A stretch of DNA of 64,000 nt from Candidatus Micrarchaeota archaeon (lineage in GTDB: Archaea > Micrarchaeota > Micrarchaeia > Micrarchaeales > Micrarchaeaceae). Positions 1 through 10,205 of the stretch are shown here, piece after piece. The DNA lies in NCBI GenBank assembly GCA_021848125.1, contig JAJZMY010000019.1, positions 13,054-77,053 of the forward strand. The letters are read 5' to 3'. The notes under the pieces were generated by a model. It did no database searches and was not told the DNA's origin. It saw nothing but the letters and a program-made list of their open reading frames with translations. The translations under genes were made by a program, and so were the position numbers. The number at the start of each line of letters is the position of its first letter. Position 1 is the first letter of the stretch.

Positions 1-543
1 TGCCTCTGCACCATAAATATTATTTACATTTAAAAATGTTTTTAAAAGTCTGACGTCATCTCTGAGTTTTTCATTAAAATTATTATTTATAAATTGATTA
101 TGCAATTGTGTTCTATCAACTGCGCTGATTCTTTCCGAAGCATTTTTTATCTTAAAAGATGGAACTAAATCAACTGTTATTGCTCTGTCGTTTAAAATCA
201 GCATTGCATAAGGATGTTCAGCATATTTAACTATATATTTTTCATTTTTGTTTCTATTTACTATTTTTTTCGCAATTTCTAGGCCCTTTTTTTCCATTTC
301 GCTTTCTTTTAAATTCCTATTAAATAATAAAAAAATATCAATGTCATAATTTCCCCTTACATTAGTTCCTCTTGCAACAGACCCTGTCAATAATAGTTCT
401 ACATTTTTATTGATTATTTTTTGCAGTCTGCCCATTACTTCATTTACAGTAATATTAATTGTTTTTATTTCTTCCTCATCAGGTTTTACAATTTTTATTA
501 CTTTTTTTAATATGCTGTTAATTTTTTCATTTTTTTTATCCAC
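1..543 (-). CDS. cca: CCA-adding enzyme (archaeal class I tRNA nucleotidyltransferase), N-terminal part; the ORF runs off the left window edge
   Basis: This is my own minus-strand translation. It is absent from the ORF track because it has no stop in the window and no ATG. Sequence: VDKKNEKINSILKKVIKIVKPDEEE..LLLTGSVARGTNVRGNYDIDIFLLF..KYAEHPYAM..SAVDRTQLHNQF..DVRLLKTFLNVNNIYGAEA. The GSxARGT and DIDIF nucleotidyltransferase motifs plus the EHPY, AVDRT and RLLK blocks are typical of archaeal CCA enzymes. The first in-frame start after the stop at 597-595 is GTG at 543. Confidence 0.75.
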   Translation of the reverse strand, partial: MDKKNEKINSILKKVIKIVKPDEEEIKTINITVNEVMGRLQKIINKNVELLLTGSVARGTNVRGNYDIDIFLLFNRNLKESEMEKKGLEIAKKIVNRNKNEKYIVKYAEHPYAMLILNDRAITVDLVPSFKIKNASERISAVDRTQLHNQFINNNFNEKLRDDVRLLKTFLNVNNIYGAEA

Positions 544-708
544 TTTAGTTAAAGAAATACTTTTTATAGCACCACCACAAAAGATATATAAAAATTAAAA
601 TACTTTAATAATTTATATAAATCAAATATTAATATATTATAATAAATCATTATTATTAAACTATTTTATTATTTTATTAATTTTTTAATATAAATATCAA
701 TTGGTTCA

Positions 709-1383
709 ATGAAAATTAAAAATATTGAAAAAATTAAACCAGATATTATTTACAATCTAGAATCGCTTCAATTTCTAAAGTCACTGAAGCCAAAATCAGT
801 TGACTTGATATTTTCAGATTTGCCATACAATACCAAGAAAGATTATTCTGTTTTTCAAAGCATTATTAAAAAAAATTATTACGCTTATATGCAGGAGCTG
901 ATTATAGAATGCAAAAGAGTTAGCAGAAAAGGAATAGCTATTTTTATAAATTATGAAAACTTTAATTTTTTCTGGAAATTATTGCCAGATAGCCACCCAA
1001 TTATAATACCACATAATCATAAACAATTTAATAAAAAATCAAATTTAATAATTAGCTATAATATTATTTTAACAAATATCAAACCAATTAATAAAATAGA
1101 TAATATGTGGCTAGAATTAGATAAAAATAAAACAGACCCTGAAAAAATAAAGTTATTGGAAGATAAATTTGATTATTATGCAAAAACCCCACTTTCTTTA
1201 ACAGCACAATTTTTGTCTTATTTTTCCAAACAAAACAATATTGTTTTAGACCCTTTTATGGGGATCGGAACAACTGCTGTTGCAGCAAAATTACTTAATA
1301 GGTTATTTATTGGATGCGAATTAAATAAAAAACGCATTGAAATTTCATATCAAAGGCTAGATTTAATAGAAAAATTCAAATAA
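709..1383 (+). CDS. DNA methyltransferase, beta-class N4-C/N6-A amino-methyltransferase
   Basis: A DPPY-like catalytic motif (FSDLPYN) lies near the N-terminus. The AdoMet motif (VLDPFMGIGTTAVAA) lies near the C-terminus. This motif order (IV before I) is characteristic of beta-class DNA amino-methyltransferases. Confidence 0.7.
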   Translation: MKIKNIEKIKPDIIYNLESLQFLKSLKPKSVDLIFSDLPYNTKKDYSVFQSIIKKNYYAYMQELIIECKRVSRKGIAIFINYENFNFFWKLLPDSHPIIIPHNHKQFNKKSNLIISYNIILTNIKPINKIDNMWLELDKNKTDPEKIKLLEDKFDYYAKTPLSLTAQFLSYFSKQNNIVLDPFMGIGTTAVAAKLLNRLFIGCELNKKRIEISYQRLDLIEKFK

Positions 1384-1414
1384 AATATAATAATATTATT
1401 TATTTTTACTTTAT

Positions 1415-1717
1415 TTATTGTTCTATCCATGCTCCTTTTTCATTTTTATAATAATCAACTTCTGCATTAGAGATACATATTGTATCAAAATAACCAAAAC
1501 TGTTTTTTACTTTTTTATATATTTCTTCTGTTATAAATACCACCTCTCTTTTATAATTTAAATTGTTTAAAATAGCTATTTTATCATCCTTAGAAAAATT
1601 ACCAACAATAATACTGTCCTTTTTAATGTAAAAATATTTTATAGCATTATTAAAACTTTTATTGGTTTTATTTTTTTCCTCATTATTTTCATTTTTCATA
1701 TTTTTTAATTTCTCCAT
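1415..1717 (-). CDS. hypothetical protein (100 aa)
   Basis: Clean ORF with no overlap and no motif I recognise. Confidence 0.4.
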   Translation of the reverse strand: MEKLKNMKNENNEEKNKTNKSFNNAIKYFYIKKDSIIVGNFSKDDKIAILNNLNYKREVVFITEEIYKKVKNSFGYFDTICISNAEVDYYKNEKGAWIEQ

Positions 1718-1762
1718 TTAATTCACCTGTTATTATTTTTTATTTATTCTTAATTGCACTGT

Positions 1763-2356
1763 TTAAAAACAGTCTCTTCTTGCCAAATATTTTTTATCAA
1801 TATGCAATTCAGTAGGGGCATTTTGACTTATTTTTAAATATTCATCAAATATAAATTTATTTTTGATCTGAAATTCATTGTTCAAATTTTTATTTTCAAT
1901 ATTTATAAATAAATCTGAATTCAATATTATTGAATCTGCTATTTCAATTATGCCATCATTGTTTATATATGAAAAGCTTATTTTTGACTTTCCTCTAATA
2001 TAAGTGGTTCCATTACCTGATATAAGGCTATCGCCAACTATTATTGATTTTTTGTCAATATATATCTCATTTTTAATATTTGCACTATCTTCGATAAATC
2101 CACCAACTCCATTATTTTTATTCTGATGTCGTATAAAACACCTAATATCTTTTTTTGGTATATCTTTTATGTCTTTATTGCCATATTTGCTAAAATATTT
2201 TATCCAAGTATCAAAGTCTATAATAAATACATATGGTTTTTCAATTTCTACTAATTTTTCTACATTGCCCTCTTTTTTATGAAAATCTTTTAACTTAGAA
2301 TTAATTGAAATAATTATTTCACTATTTTTATCATTTATTTTTTTATAATGCTGCAT
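1763..2356 (-). CDS. hypothetical protein (197 aa), convergent with the DNA methyltransferase
   Basis: Clean ORF. I did not recognise a nuclease motif with any confidence. Confidence 0.45.
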   Translation of the reverse strand: MQHYKKINDKNSEIIISINSKLKDFHKKEGNVEKLVEIEKPYVFIIDFDTWIKYFSKYGNKDIKDIPKKDIRCFIRHQNKNNGVGGFIEDSANIKNEIYIDKKSIIVGDSLISGNGTTYIRGKSKISFSYINNDGIIEIADSIILNSDLFINIENKNLNNEFQIKNKFIFDEYLKISQNAPTELHIDKKYLARRDCF

Positions 2357-2511
2357 AATATCTATATGTCATATAATTTTTATCATATATATATTTTTGT
2401 ATTGCAAAAACAATAGCAAAAAATACGATTGTTATATATATTTTAATTTTTTATTATTGTTTATAATTTATATAAATTAATAAAATATAGTTTTAGATAA
2501 AAATAAACAAT

Positions 2512-3204
2512 ATGACAAAAATGACTAGTATATTTCCACTTCCTTTGAAGAGAGAAAGAGATAAATTTAAAATAAATACAGGGCTAGAAGTTAAATTTAG
2601 TGCATATAAATATTCCGAAAGATTAATAGAAGTACCATTTTTATTTAAAAATATAAAATCAATTCCTGCAAATGTTTTAGATATTGGGTGCTGTGAAGGG
2701 ATATATCCTATTCAATTAGCAATGCTTGGCTATATTGTAACAGGAATTGATACTAGGTATTATCCATTTAATCATAAAAATTTTAAATTTATAAAATCAG
2801 ACTTTATTAAAACAAATGAATTTAAAAAACAGTCATTTGATATTATTATAAATATCAGCTCATTAGAACATTTTGGACTGTTAGTCTATGGAAACAATGA
2901 AAAAGACCCTGATGCTGATTATAAAGCAATGCAAAAAATAAAAGAATTGTTAAAGCCTGAAGGGCAGCTTATTTTTACTGCGCCTTTTGGAAAACAAGGG
3001 CGCATTTTGGAATTTGAACGGATTTATAATACCAGTGAAATAAATTATTTATTTAATGGATTTAAAATCATAAATAAAAAATACTATGAAGTATATAAAA
3101 ATAAAACAATTTTAGAAATTCCGCAAGAAGAAGCAGAAGCAATAGAGCATGATGAAAAATTAGGATTAAGCTGCACTGTCTGTATTAGCGCTATCAAACA
3201 ATAA
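2512..3204 (+). CDS. class I SAM-dependent methyltransferase
   Basis: Motif I is VLDIGCCEG. This is followed by IINISSLEHFG and LKPEGQLIFTAP, a typical Rossmann methyltransferase layout. The true start is probably ATG 2521 (the ORF begins MTKM). Confidence 0.6.
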   Translation: MTKMTSIFPLPLKRERDKFKINTGLEVKFSAYKYSERLIEVPFLFKNIKSIPANVLDIGCCEGIYPIQLAMLGYIVTGIDTRYYPFNHKNFKFIKSDFIKTNEFKKQSFDIIINISSLEHFGLLVYGNNEKDPDADYKAMQKIKELLKPEGQLIFTAPFGKQGRILEFERIYNTSEINYLFNGFKIINKKYYEVYKNKTILEIPQEEAEAIEHDEKLGLSCTVCISAIKQ

Positions 3205-3253
3205 AACAATAAAAAAAGAATGATATATAAAAACCTAATTAAGCAAAAATAAA

Positions 3254-3445
3254 CTAATCTTTAATATTAATTGCAAACATGCTATTAAATTTTAATTCTA
3301 ATTTTTCAGCTATCTTTGATTTTTCAGAGTTTATAATAATAATGTAGCTATCCCATTTTGTAGAAAGATCTTTGCTGCCACATATTGGACATTGAGTTCC
3401 ATTTATTATTAATCTGCATTTTTTACATGCTTTTTGTTCAGACAT
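3254..3445 (-). CDS. spt4: transcription elongation factor Spt4 / RpoE''
   Basis: 63 aa with a CxxC..CxxC zinc ribbon (CKKCRL..CPICGS) followed by STKWDSYIIII. It lies directly downstream of rpoE', the conserved archaeal arrangement. Confidence 0.8.
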   Translation of the reverse strand: MSEQKACKKCRLIINGTQCPICGSKDLSTKWDSYIIIINSEKSKIAEKLELKFNSMFAINIKD

Positions 3446-3502
3446 ACAATTCCTATAATTATTTCACTTTTATTGTTTAAATATTATTTTTAATGTTTTT
3501 TA

Positions 3503-4129
3503 TTATTTTTTGTTTTTTTCCTGATTTATTTTATTTTTTCTTCCCCTGCCTTTATTACCAAATTTTGAATGCCTATTTATTAATTGCTTTGTTTTTGTCC
3601 ATTCCAATTTTCCTAAACCCTCTGGTCTCATTGTAAGTGCTATTTTTGAATCTTTTAATGTTGTTTTTATACTAACTGTAGATATTCTTGCAAAGATTTC
3701 ATCGCCTTTTTTAAGAATAATATTACTTTTTTTTGAATTAAACATTTGATTTTTTTTATCAAAAAATACAAAATCATCAGTTATTTGGGATACATGAACA
3801 AGGCCATCCATTGGGCCAATTCTTACAAATGCACCAAATTCAATTAATTCTGTTACTTCCCCACTGACTACTTCATTTACTTGCGGAATGAATGTCAATG
3901 CTTCAAATTCAACATCATGGTGCGTTGCAGGATCTCCTGGATAAATTAAACCATCCCCAATAATTTTAATATTAAAAACAGAAACAATCAGACCCATATC
4001 TCTATCAATTATACCTTCATAATTTTTTTCTAATAATTCTTTTAAAACTTCATCCAAATCTCTATCAAAATATTCAGATGGAACTCTTATAGTGTCTCTG
4101 ACTAAATATTTTTTATACATTAATTTCAC
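3503..4129 (-). CDS. rpoE: DNA-directed RNA polymerase subunit E' (Rpo7) with S1 domain
   Basis: The N-terminus MYKKYLVRDTIRVPSEYF and the S1-like block VVSGEVTELIEFGAFVRIGPMDGLVHVSQI are typical of Rpo7. The track start GTG 4129 sits inside a GGTGA motif, so ATG 4120 is the likelier start. The protein has a lysine/arginine-rich C-terminal tail. Confidence 0.85.
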   Translation of the reverse strand: MKLMYKKYLVRDTIRVPSEYFDRDLDEVLKELLEKNYEGIIDRDMGLIVSVFNIKIIGDGLIYPGDPATHHDVEFEALTFIPQVNEVVSGEVTELIEFGAFVRIGPMDGLVHVSQITDDFVFFDKKNQMFNSKKSNIILKKGDEIFARISTVSIKTTLKDSKIALTMRPEGLGKLEWTKTKQLINRHSKFGNKGRGRKNKINQEKNKK

Positions 4130-4202
4130 CGTTAAATTACATTAATAATTTAAAATATATAGAATTAACATTTTTTGCTTTATTATAATTGTAGTAAAAC
4201 TG

Positions 4203-4604
4203 CTATTTATTAAAATCCCTTAAAATGCCTTGTTTTGATATTTTTAATATTTTGTTTTTTTTATGAATTTTTTTTGCTAAGTTTGTATCATTAGTTATTA
4301 TATCAATATTTTTCAAATCATTAGAAATATTTAAAATCCAGGTGTCTACATTTATATTAGACCTCTTATAAATAAATACCTTTCTTTCATTTTGTCTAAT
4401 TTTATAAATTAGTAATAATGCCATTTTGGCAATTACTGCTAGTTTAGATTTGGATTTTGATAAACGAGCCAATTCATTAATAATGCCTTTAGAAATAAAA
4501 ATCTTATAATTACTTATATACTTTGTTTTAATCACTTCAAAAACATTTTTTTTATACTTCAAACCAAATAAAATTGAGCTTGTATCAATTATAATATACT
4601 TCAT
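4203..4604 (-). CDS. PIN-domain protein
   Basis: The N-terminus MKYIIIDTSSIL contains the first PIN acidic residue, and TNDTNLAKK lies near the C-terminus. A PIN gene next to rpoE'-spt4 is a recurrent archaeal neighbourhood. Confidence 0.6.
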   Translation of the reverse strand: MKYIIIDTSSILFGLKYKKNVFEVIKTKYISNYKIFISKGIINELARLSKSKSKLAVIAKMALLLIYKIRQNERKVFIYKRSNINVDTWILNISNDLKNIDIITNDTNLAKKIHKKNKILKISKQGILRDFNK

Positions 4605-4685
4605 AATCTCAAATTAACATTATATAAAAAGAAAATTTAAATTATTTTTAATATTTATTATTTTTGCATTTACTGAAAATTGCCA

Positions 4686-5462
4686 CTATTCTTTCCATAA
4701 TTTCCATCTTTTTTTAGCTTTTAATACACCAATGTCATTTGAGTCTATTTCTAATGCTTTATTGTAATATTCACTTACCAGATTTTTATTATCCGATCCT
4801 ATTGATGTCTTTATTATATATGCACACCAATTATATGTTATCCCAATTATTTTTTTAATATCTAAATTTTGCGCATAAGAATATATTCTCTGCTGCTGGG
4901 TTTTTTCAAATATTTTATTATATTTAGTAGTTTCAAAAATAAATTTTTTTCCATTCAAACAAACATGATTCGGTGTTTTAATAATTTTAATATTTTCCTT
5001 GCCTAATCTTGTTAATACATCACCAAACAAAACAGATGAAGAATAACAGTTAAATTTATTAGACTGGACTGAATTTGTAAGAATTCTATTGGATTCATAT
5101 GATGCTTTTAAATCATTATAAAAAACATTCCCTAATAGAAAAAACAGATCTTTTTCATCCATTTCATTAACTTTATATTTAAGCTCTATTCTATCACTAT
5201 TTTTCAATTCTTTGCATCCAGTCCAGACAGATACTGAATTCATTAATTTATATACATATTGTTCATAAACTTCTCTGATTTGTTCTCCAAGTTGCTGGTT
5301 TATCCCTAATGTTTTAAATTCAAGTTTAAATATTTCAGTTATTGGAACAACTTCCTCAATTTGTTTATTTTTTCTTAAATAATTCTCTAACTTAATGTTA
5401 TTCTCTTTTTGTGAATTTGAATAATTAATTATATGCTGTTCTGATCTCTCCATTTTTATCAT
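4686..5462 (-). CDS. hypothetical protein, possibly transglutaminase-like core plus TPR-like tail
   Basis: A Cys..His spacing (NCYSSSVLFGDVLTRLG..TPNHVCL) is reminiscent of transglutaminase-like proteins. The C-terminal YYNKALEIDSNDIG looks TPR-like. This is a weak call. Confidence 0.35.
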   Translation of the reverse strand: MIKMERSEQHIINYSNSQKENNIKLENYLRKNKQIEEVVPITEIFKLEFKTLGINQQLGEQIREVYEQYVYKLMNSVSVWTGCKELKNSDRIELKYKVNEMDEKDLFFLLGNVFYNDLKASYESNRILTNSVQSNKFNCYSSSVLFGDVLTRLGKENIKIIKTPNHVCLNGKKFIFETTKYNKIFEKTQQQRIYSYAQNLDIKKIIGITYNWCAYIIKTSIGSDNKNLVSEYYNKALEIDSNDIGVLKAKKRWKLWKE

Positions 5463-5707
5463 TTTATTGTTTTAAATGCCTATTATTTGACCAATTAAAT
5501 ATATTGATGTATTTTATGATATATTAATGTTTTTATTAACCTGCTCTGGTAAATAATTTTCTATAAACTGCTTTTTCATTATATATACTGAATTCAATTG
5601 AATGCCAGTATTCAAAAAATAGCACATATATTTAAAAACTTATTTTTAAAATAATTTCTTATTTATATTATAATTCTGTTTTTAATTAAAATATTTTAAA
5701 GGGTTAA

Positions 5708-5968
5708 ATGGCAAAGTCTAAAAAAAATAAATTAAGTTTTTATGATATTGAACAATTTTTAAGAGATGCAGGTGCAGAAAAAATAAATGAAGGTGCTGTT
5801 GATGTTTTTGAAAAGGAATTGGAAGAAACAGTTGATGAACTAATAAAAAAAGCAAAAATCTATGCAAATTATGCAGGCAGAAAAAAATTAATAAAAGATT
5901 CAGACATCAAATTGATTTTAAATAAAGAAACTAAAAGAGCAATTAAAAATCAAAATCAAATTAAATAA
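5708..5968 (+). CDS. archaeal histone (histone-fold protein)
   Basis: 86 aa. The segment IEQFLRDAGAEKINEGAVDVFEKELEE..AKIYANYAGRKKLIKDSDIKL matches the archaeal histone-fold pattern (AGAxR/K..A...L...LE....A...A.HAGRKT.K..DI.L). Confidence 0.75.
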   Translation: MAKSKKNKLSFYDIEQFLRDAGAEKINEGAVDVFEKELEETVDELIKKAKIYANYAGRKKLIKDSDIKLILNKETKRAIKNQNQIK

Positions 5969-6003
5969 ATAAGTATAAAAACTTTAAATTACAATTTTAT
6001 TTT

Positions 6004-6420
6004 ATGTCATTTTCAAATATTTTCGAAGAACTATCCTTAAATGAATTAATTTTAAGACTGCATAAATTAATAACAGAATTTACAGAAACATTGGACACGC
6101 TTATTGATCATAATAAAACAATCAATTATAAAGAAATTAATGAATTGCGGACTTTAATCAAAACAAGAATACGCAGAGGGGAAGATATCGAAGATAATAA
6201 AAAATTATTGAATTTATTAGAACTATTTTCAAGCAATAAATCTATTTTAGAATTAATAAGAGAAGATGTTGATGAATGGATTGATTTTATTGAAGCGATT
6301 GATAAACTTGTAAATGATAAAAAACTTAATGCTAATAAAGAAGAGATAGAGGATATTGAAAAGATAAAACAATTAAATTTGAATTTAAAAACCATATTGA
6401 GGGCTGAAAATAAAAAGTAA
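6004..6420 (+). CDS. hypothetical coiled-coil protein (138 aa)
   Basis: Clean ORF that is rich in charged residues with heptad-like spacing. Confidence 0.4.
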   Translation: MSFSNIFEELSLNELILRLHKLITEFTETLDTLIDHNKTINYKEINELRTLIKTRIRRGEDIEDNKKLLNLLELFSSNKSILELIREDVDEWIDFIEAIDKLVNDKKLNANKEEIEDIEKIKQLNLNLKTILRAENKK

Positions 6421-6535
6421 ATAATACACCAGTTAAAAATCAGATTATTGAAATTAAAGTAATATATAAAATGATATTTGATCTAATTCGTTAATTTCTG
6501 AACACATAAAAATATATTTATAATTTTTTATACAA

Positions 6536-7972
6536 ATGGTTATGTTGAGTATGAAGATTTCAAAGGAAATTGGCCTGTCATTTGATGACGTTCTTCTTGT
6601 TCCAAATAAAAATATTTTTGGGTCAAGATCAAACATCTCTTTAAGGACCAAATTAACAAGAAATATTGAATTAAATACGCCAATAGTCAGTGCAAACATG
6701 GATACAATAACTTCTTCGCAAATGGCAATTGCAATGGCAGAATCAGGCGGAATTGGAATCATACACAGATTCAATACTATTCAGGAAGAGATGGAAGAAG
6801 TGGAGAAAGTAAAAAGAAAAAGCTCATTTATAATAAAAAATCCATATACTATTGCAATTGATAAAACAGTAGGAGATGTCAAAAACCTTATTAATAAAAC
6901 AGGCGTGTCTGGATTCCCTGTTGTTGATATTAGGAACAAAACCAAGCTTCTTGGAATTGTTACATTAAGGGATATAAAATTTCAGTCAGATAATAATAAG
7001 ATTTCAGACATAATGACGCCGAAAAAAGATCTAATAACAATATTAAGCAATAAAAATTTAAATGCAACTTTTTTTCTAGATATGTTTAAAAAATATAAAT
7101 TCGAGAAAATCCCAATTATTGATAGCAAATTCAATTTAATTGCATTAGTTGCTGCAAAAGACATATTTGACATAAGAAATAATATTACAAGTAAAAATAA
7201 AGACGGAAAATTAATGGTTGGCGCTGCAGTAGGTATTAAATCAGATGCAATTGAAAGAATAGAAAAATTATATGATGCAGAAGCTGATGCAGTTGTAATT
7301 GATATTGCGCATGGGCATTCTATCCAGGCTATTAATCTAATACAAAAAATAAAAAAGGATTTTGATATTGATATAATTGCAGGAAATGTTGCGACAAAAC
7401 AGGGAACCCTTGATTTAATAAAAGCTGGTGCAGATGCAATTAAAGTTGGAATAGGTCCTGGGCATGTATGTACAACAAGACTAGTTACTGGGGCAGGAGT
7501 TCCGCAGCTAACAGCGATTTCCTGGGCTTACTCAATTGCAAAGGACTATGATGTGCCAATAATTGCAGACGGGGGGATAAACAATTCTGGCGACATAGTA
7601 AAGGCACTGGCATCTGGAGCATCAAGTGTAATGATAGGCAAATTATTTGCAGGAACCGACGAGACACCTGGAAGTACAATTATCAAAAACGGAAAAAAAT
7701 ACAAATTTTATAGAGGCATGTCATCAATTTCTGCAAACAGCAAAAAACTTTCTGTTGATATGTCTGGAGAGATTTCAATTGATACTATTGGAGAAGGAAA
7801 AGAGTCATTTGTACCTTATGTGGGATCAGTCAAAGAAATCATAGTGCAGTTAGTTGGTGGTATAAAATCTGGTTTTAGCTATTGTGGATCAAAAAATTTA
7901 GAGCAATTAAGAAGGAATGCAGAATTTATAATTCTTTCAAAAGGTGCACAAAAAGAAAGTTTTGTCAGGTAA
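6536..7972 (+). CDS. guaB: IMP dehydrogenase with CBS pair
   Basis: Motifs seen are [16 protein letters not shown], the catalytic loop [11 protein letters not shown], and [25 protein letters not shown]-like insert spans residues about 95-210. Confidence 0.9.
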   Translation: MVMLSMKISKEIGLSFDDVLLVPNKNIFGSRSNISLRTKLTRNIELNTPIVSANMDTITSSQMAIAMAESGGIGIIHRFNTIQEEMEEVEKVKRKSSFIIKNPYTIAIDKTVGDVKNLINKTGVSGFPVVDIRNKTKLLGIVTLRDIKFQSDNNKISDIMTPKKDLITILSNKNLNATFFLDMFKKYKFEKIPIIDSKFNLIALVAAKDIFDIRNNITSKNKDGKLMVGAAVGIKSDAIERIEKLYDAEADAVVIDIAHGHSIQAINLIQKIKKDFDIDIIAGNVATKQGTLDLIKAGADAIKVGIGPGHVCTTRLVTGAGVPQLTAISWAYSIAKDYDVPIIADGGINNSGDIVKALASGASSVMIGKLFAGTDETPGSTIIKNGKKYKFYRGMSSISANSKKLSVDMSGEISIDTIGEGKESFVPYVGSVKEIIVQLVGGIKSGFSYCGSKNLEQLRRNAEFIILSKGAQKESFVR

Positions 7973-7979
7973 ATAACAA

Positions 7980-8429
7980 TTATTCTAGCAATTTAACATG
8001 CTCTTTCATCATGCATCTATTCATTATAAATAAAATATTATTTTCTATTGCAAGTTTTTCTGCTGCTTCATTAATAATTCCCTCCTGTAACCATAGCGCC
8101 TTTGCATGAATTTGAATTGCTTGTTTTGCAATATCTACTGCTTCATTTGCAGGCCTAAAAACATCAACAACATCAATCTGCTCTCCAATATCTAATAAGC
8201 TCTTATATGCCTTTTCATTTAAAATATAATCTGCAAAAGGATTGACAGGTATTATCCTATAACCATTTTGCTGCAGATATTCAGGAACATCATGGCTTGG
8301 TTTTCCCTGCTCTCTTGAACACCCAACAACTGCAATTGTATGAAAATTTTTCAATATAAATAAAGCAGTTTTATCAACACCATGAATATCATTATTCATT
8401 TTATCAAGTTTTTGTCTGAACATCGCCAT
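7980..8429 (-). CDS. CoA-binding domain protein (YccU/YneT-like)
   Basis: IAVVGCSREQGKPSHDVPEYLQQNGYRIIPVNP and VDVFRP are typical of the CoA_binding_2 family. The start may be an internal Met, because the listed start overlaps the next gene by 26 nt. Confidence 0.75.
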   Translation of the reverse strand: MAMFRQKLDKMNNDIHGVDKTALFILKNFHTIAVVGCSREQGKPSHDVPEYLQQNGYRIIPVNPFADYILNEKAYKSLLDIGEQIDVVDVFRPANEAVDIAKQAIQIHAKALWLQEGIINEAAEKLAIENNILFIMNRCMMKEHVKLLE

Positions 8430-9126
8430 TATTTATATTTTTATTATTTTCCTTTTTTTGCTTTTCATATTCTTCAATAATATTAACTTTTTCAATATTT
8501 AAATATTTAAAAATAGAATCAATTAAATATTGTTTTTTTATAAAATAAGATTCATTTTTATTAATTTCAGGTCCAAAACTAATTTCGCATGAATTTTCTT
8601 TAATTTTAATGTTTTTCAGTTTAATATTCTCATATTCACTCAATGCTTTTATTTTATCTTCATCTGAATTGAAGAAATCAGTAATTTTTATTTTAAAAAT
8701 TAATTCCCTCCCAGCTAATTGATTATTAAAATCAACAATAACTCTCCCAGAATTTACTGCTTTTATAAGTGCTATTTTATTGTCAATATTTACTTCCATG
8801 CCTGGATATGGATTTATATCATGGGATTTAAAATCAGATAAATGCATTACTTTTATTAAATTTTTATCATAATCGCCAAATGCTTCATCAGGCTTTAATA
8901 TTATGTCCTTTGACTCATTTAAATTTAAGTTTTTTATTTCTTTATTCAGGCCTTTTAAATTTGCTTCAGAACCAACAATGAATAAAGACTTGCCATAATG
9001 CATTTCTTTTTTATAAACATTAGCTTCCTTTGCCTTTGCTTCATTTGTTGTTGCCACTAACTTATTCGCCTCTTTATCTATAAGATCATATTCTATGTAT
9101 AAAAAGTCATTTTCTTTGAAACTCAT
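8404..9126 (-). CDS. FKBP-type peptidyl-prolyl cis-trans isomerase, long archaeal type
   Basis: YIEYDLID...TTNE.., PDEAFGDYDKNLIKV and AVNSGRVIVDFNNQLAGRELIFKIKI match archaeal SlyD/FKBP with an IF insert. A C-terminal extension is present, as in 26-kDa archaeal FKBPs. Confidence 0.85.
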   Translation of the reverse strand: MSFKENDFLYIEYDLIDKEANKLVATTNEAKAKEANVYKKEMHYGKSLFIVGSEANLKGLNKEIKNLNLNESKDIILKPDEAFGDYDKNLIKVMHLSDFKSHDINPYPGMEVNIDNKIALIKAVNSGRVIVDFNNQLAGRELIFKIKITDFFNSDEDKIKALSEYENIKLKNIKIKENSCEISFGPEINKNESYFIKKQYLIDSIFKYLNIEKVNIIEEYEKQKKENNKNINNGDVQTKT

Positions 9127-9268
9127 TATATCCCTTTTTTAATCTAATTTAATTTAATTAAGTTTAAATCAATAAATTAATTAAATAATTATTTAAATAT
9201 AATTTAAAAATATTATTTATTTGCGAAATTCATTTTCTAGTTTATAAAAATAAAATTATAAATATGAT

Positions 9269-10063
9269 TTGATGAAATTAATTTTAATAAAGCTTGGAGG
9301 AAGCGTAATAACAAACAAGGCAAAACAGAATACAGCAAAAATCAAGGTTATAAATAGGTTGTTAAGTGAAATTCATAGGGCGCTAAATTCAGATAAAAAA
9401 ATTAGGATAATTCTCGGTCACGGAAGCGGATCATTTGGCCATATGGCTGCACATAAATATAAAATTAATTTAGGGCTTATCAACAAAAAAAGTTTGGAAG
9501 GTGCATCAATAACACAAAATGCAGCTGCAAAACTTCATAGAATAATATTTGATCAAGGCATAAAAAACAAGTTAAATTTCATATCTTTTGCCCCATCTTC
9601 ATCTGTTTTGTCTAAAAACTCGAAAATTGTTTCATGGGACTTAAAAGCACTTAAATTTGCACTTGGTTTTGGCTTTATTCCATTAACATACGGGGACATT
9701 GCAATTGATTCAAAATTAGGCGTCTCAATTGTTTCAACTGAAGAAGTTTTCAGGTATTTGTCCTATGAATTAAACCCGTATAAAATAATTGCAGGGAGCG
9801 ATATTGATGGTGTTTTAGATATAAATAATAACAGCAAGTTAATAAAAACAATCTCAGAGCGCAATTTTGATGAGGTTTTTAAAATAGCGGCAAACTCAAA
9901 GAATATTGATGTAACAGGAGGCATGAAGTCAAAGGTTGACTATTTGTATAAAATAGCAAAGCATACTGGAGCTCAATGCCAAATAATAAATGCAAACAAG
10001 CCAGGCAGGCTTTATAATTCAATACTGGACAAAAATGTAATTGGAACAAGAATAATAAAATAG
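9269..10063 (+). CDS. ipk: isopentenyl phosphate kinase (amino-acid-kinase fold)
   Basis: LIKLGGSVITNK, GHGSGSFGH and DVTGGM are motifs of the archaeal modified-mevalonate-pathway IPK. Confidence 0.8.
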   Translation: MMKLILIKLGGSVITNKAKQNTAKIKVINRLLSEIHRALNSDKKIRIILGHGSGSFGHMAAHKYKINLGLINKKSLEGASITQNAAAKLHRIIFDQGIKNKLNFISFAPSSSVLSKNSKIVSWDLKALKFALGFGFIPLTYGDIAIDSKLGVSIVSTEEVFRYLSYELNPYKIIAGSDIDGVLDINNNSKLIKTISERNFDEVFKIAANSKNIDVTGGMKSKVDYLYKIAKHTGAQCQIINANKPGRLYNSILDKNVIGTRIIK

Positions 10064-10205
10064 AAATTTATTCAAATTTTATCTATTTTAAAATAAATTG
10101 ATACAAAAAGCATAAAAACCTTTCAAATTTAATTAATAAAAGTAAATAAGTTGGGTATAAATCAAGAAAAATATAAATAAATTTTAAAGAGAGGGTGTAG
10201 AGTTA

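Noticed and set aside
410-598. The 62-aa + strand ORF in the track (MIIFCSLPITSF...).
   Set aside because: It is low-complexity Phe/Ile/Ser sequence. It lies antisense to the well-supported CCA-adding enzyme reading frame on the minus strand.
6126-6774. Minus-strand ORFs 6126..6395 and 6454..6774.
   Set aside because: The first is antisense to ORF 6004..6420 and consists of Ser/Leu/Ile low-complexity sequence. The second overlaps the guaB start region and its promoter and has no recognisable features.
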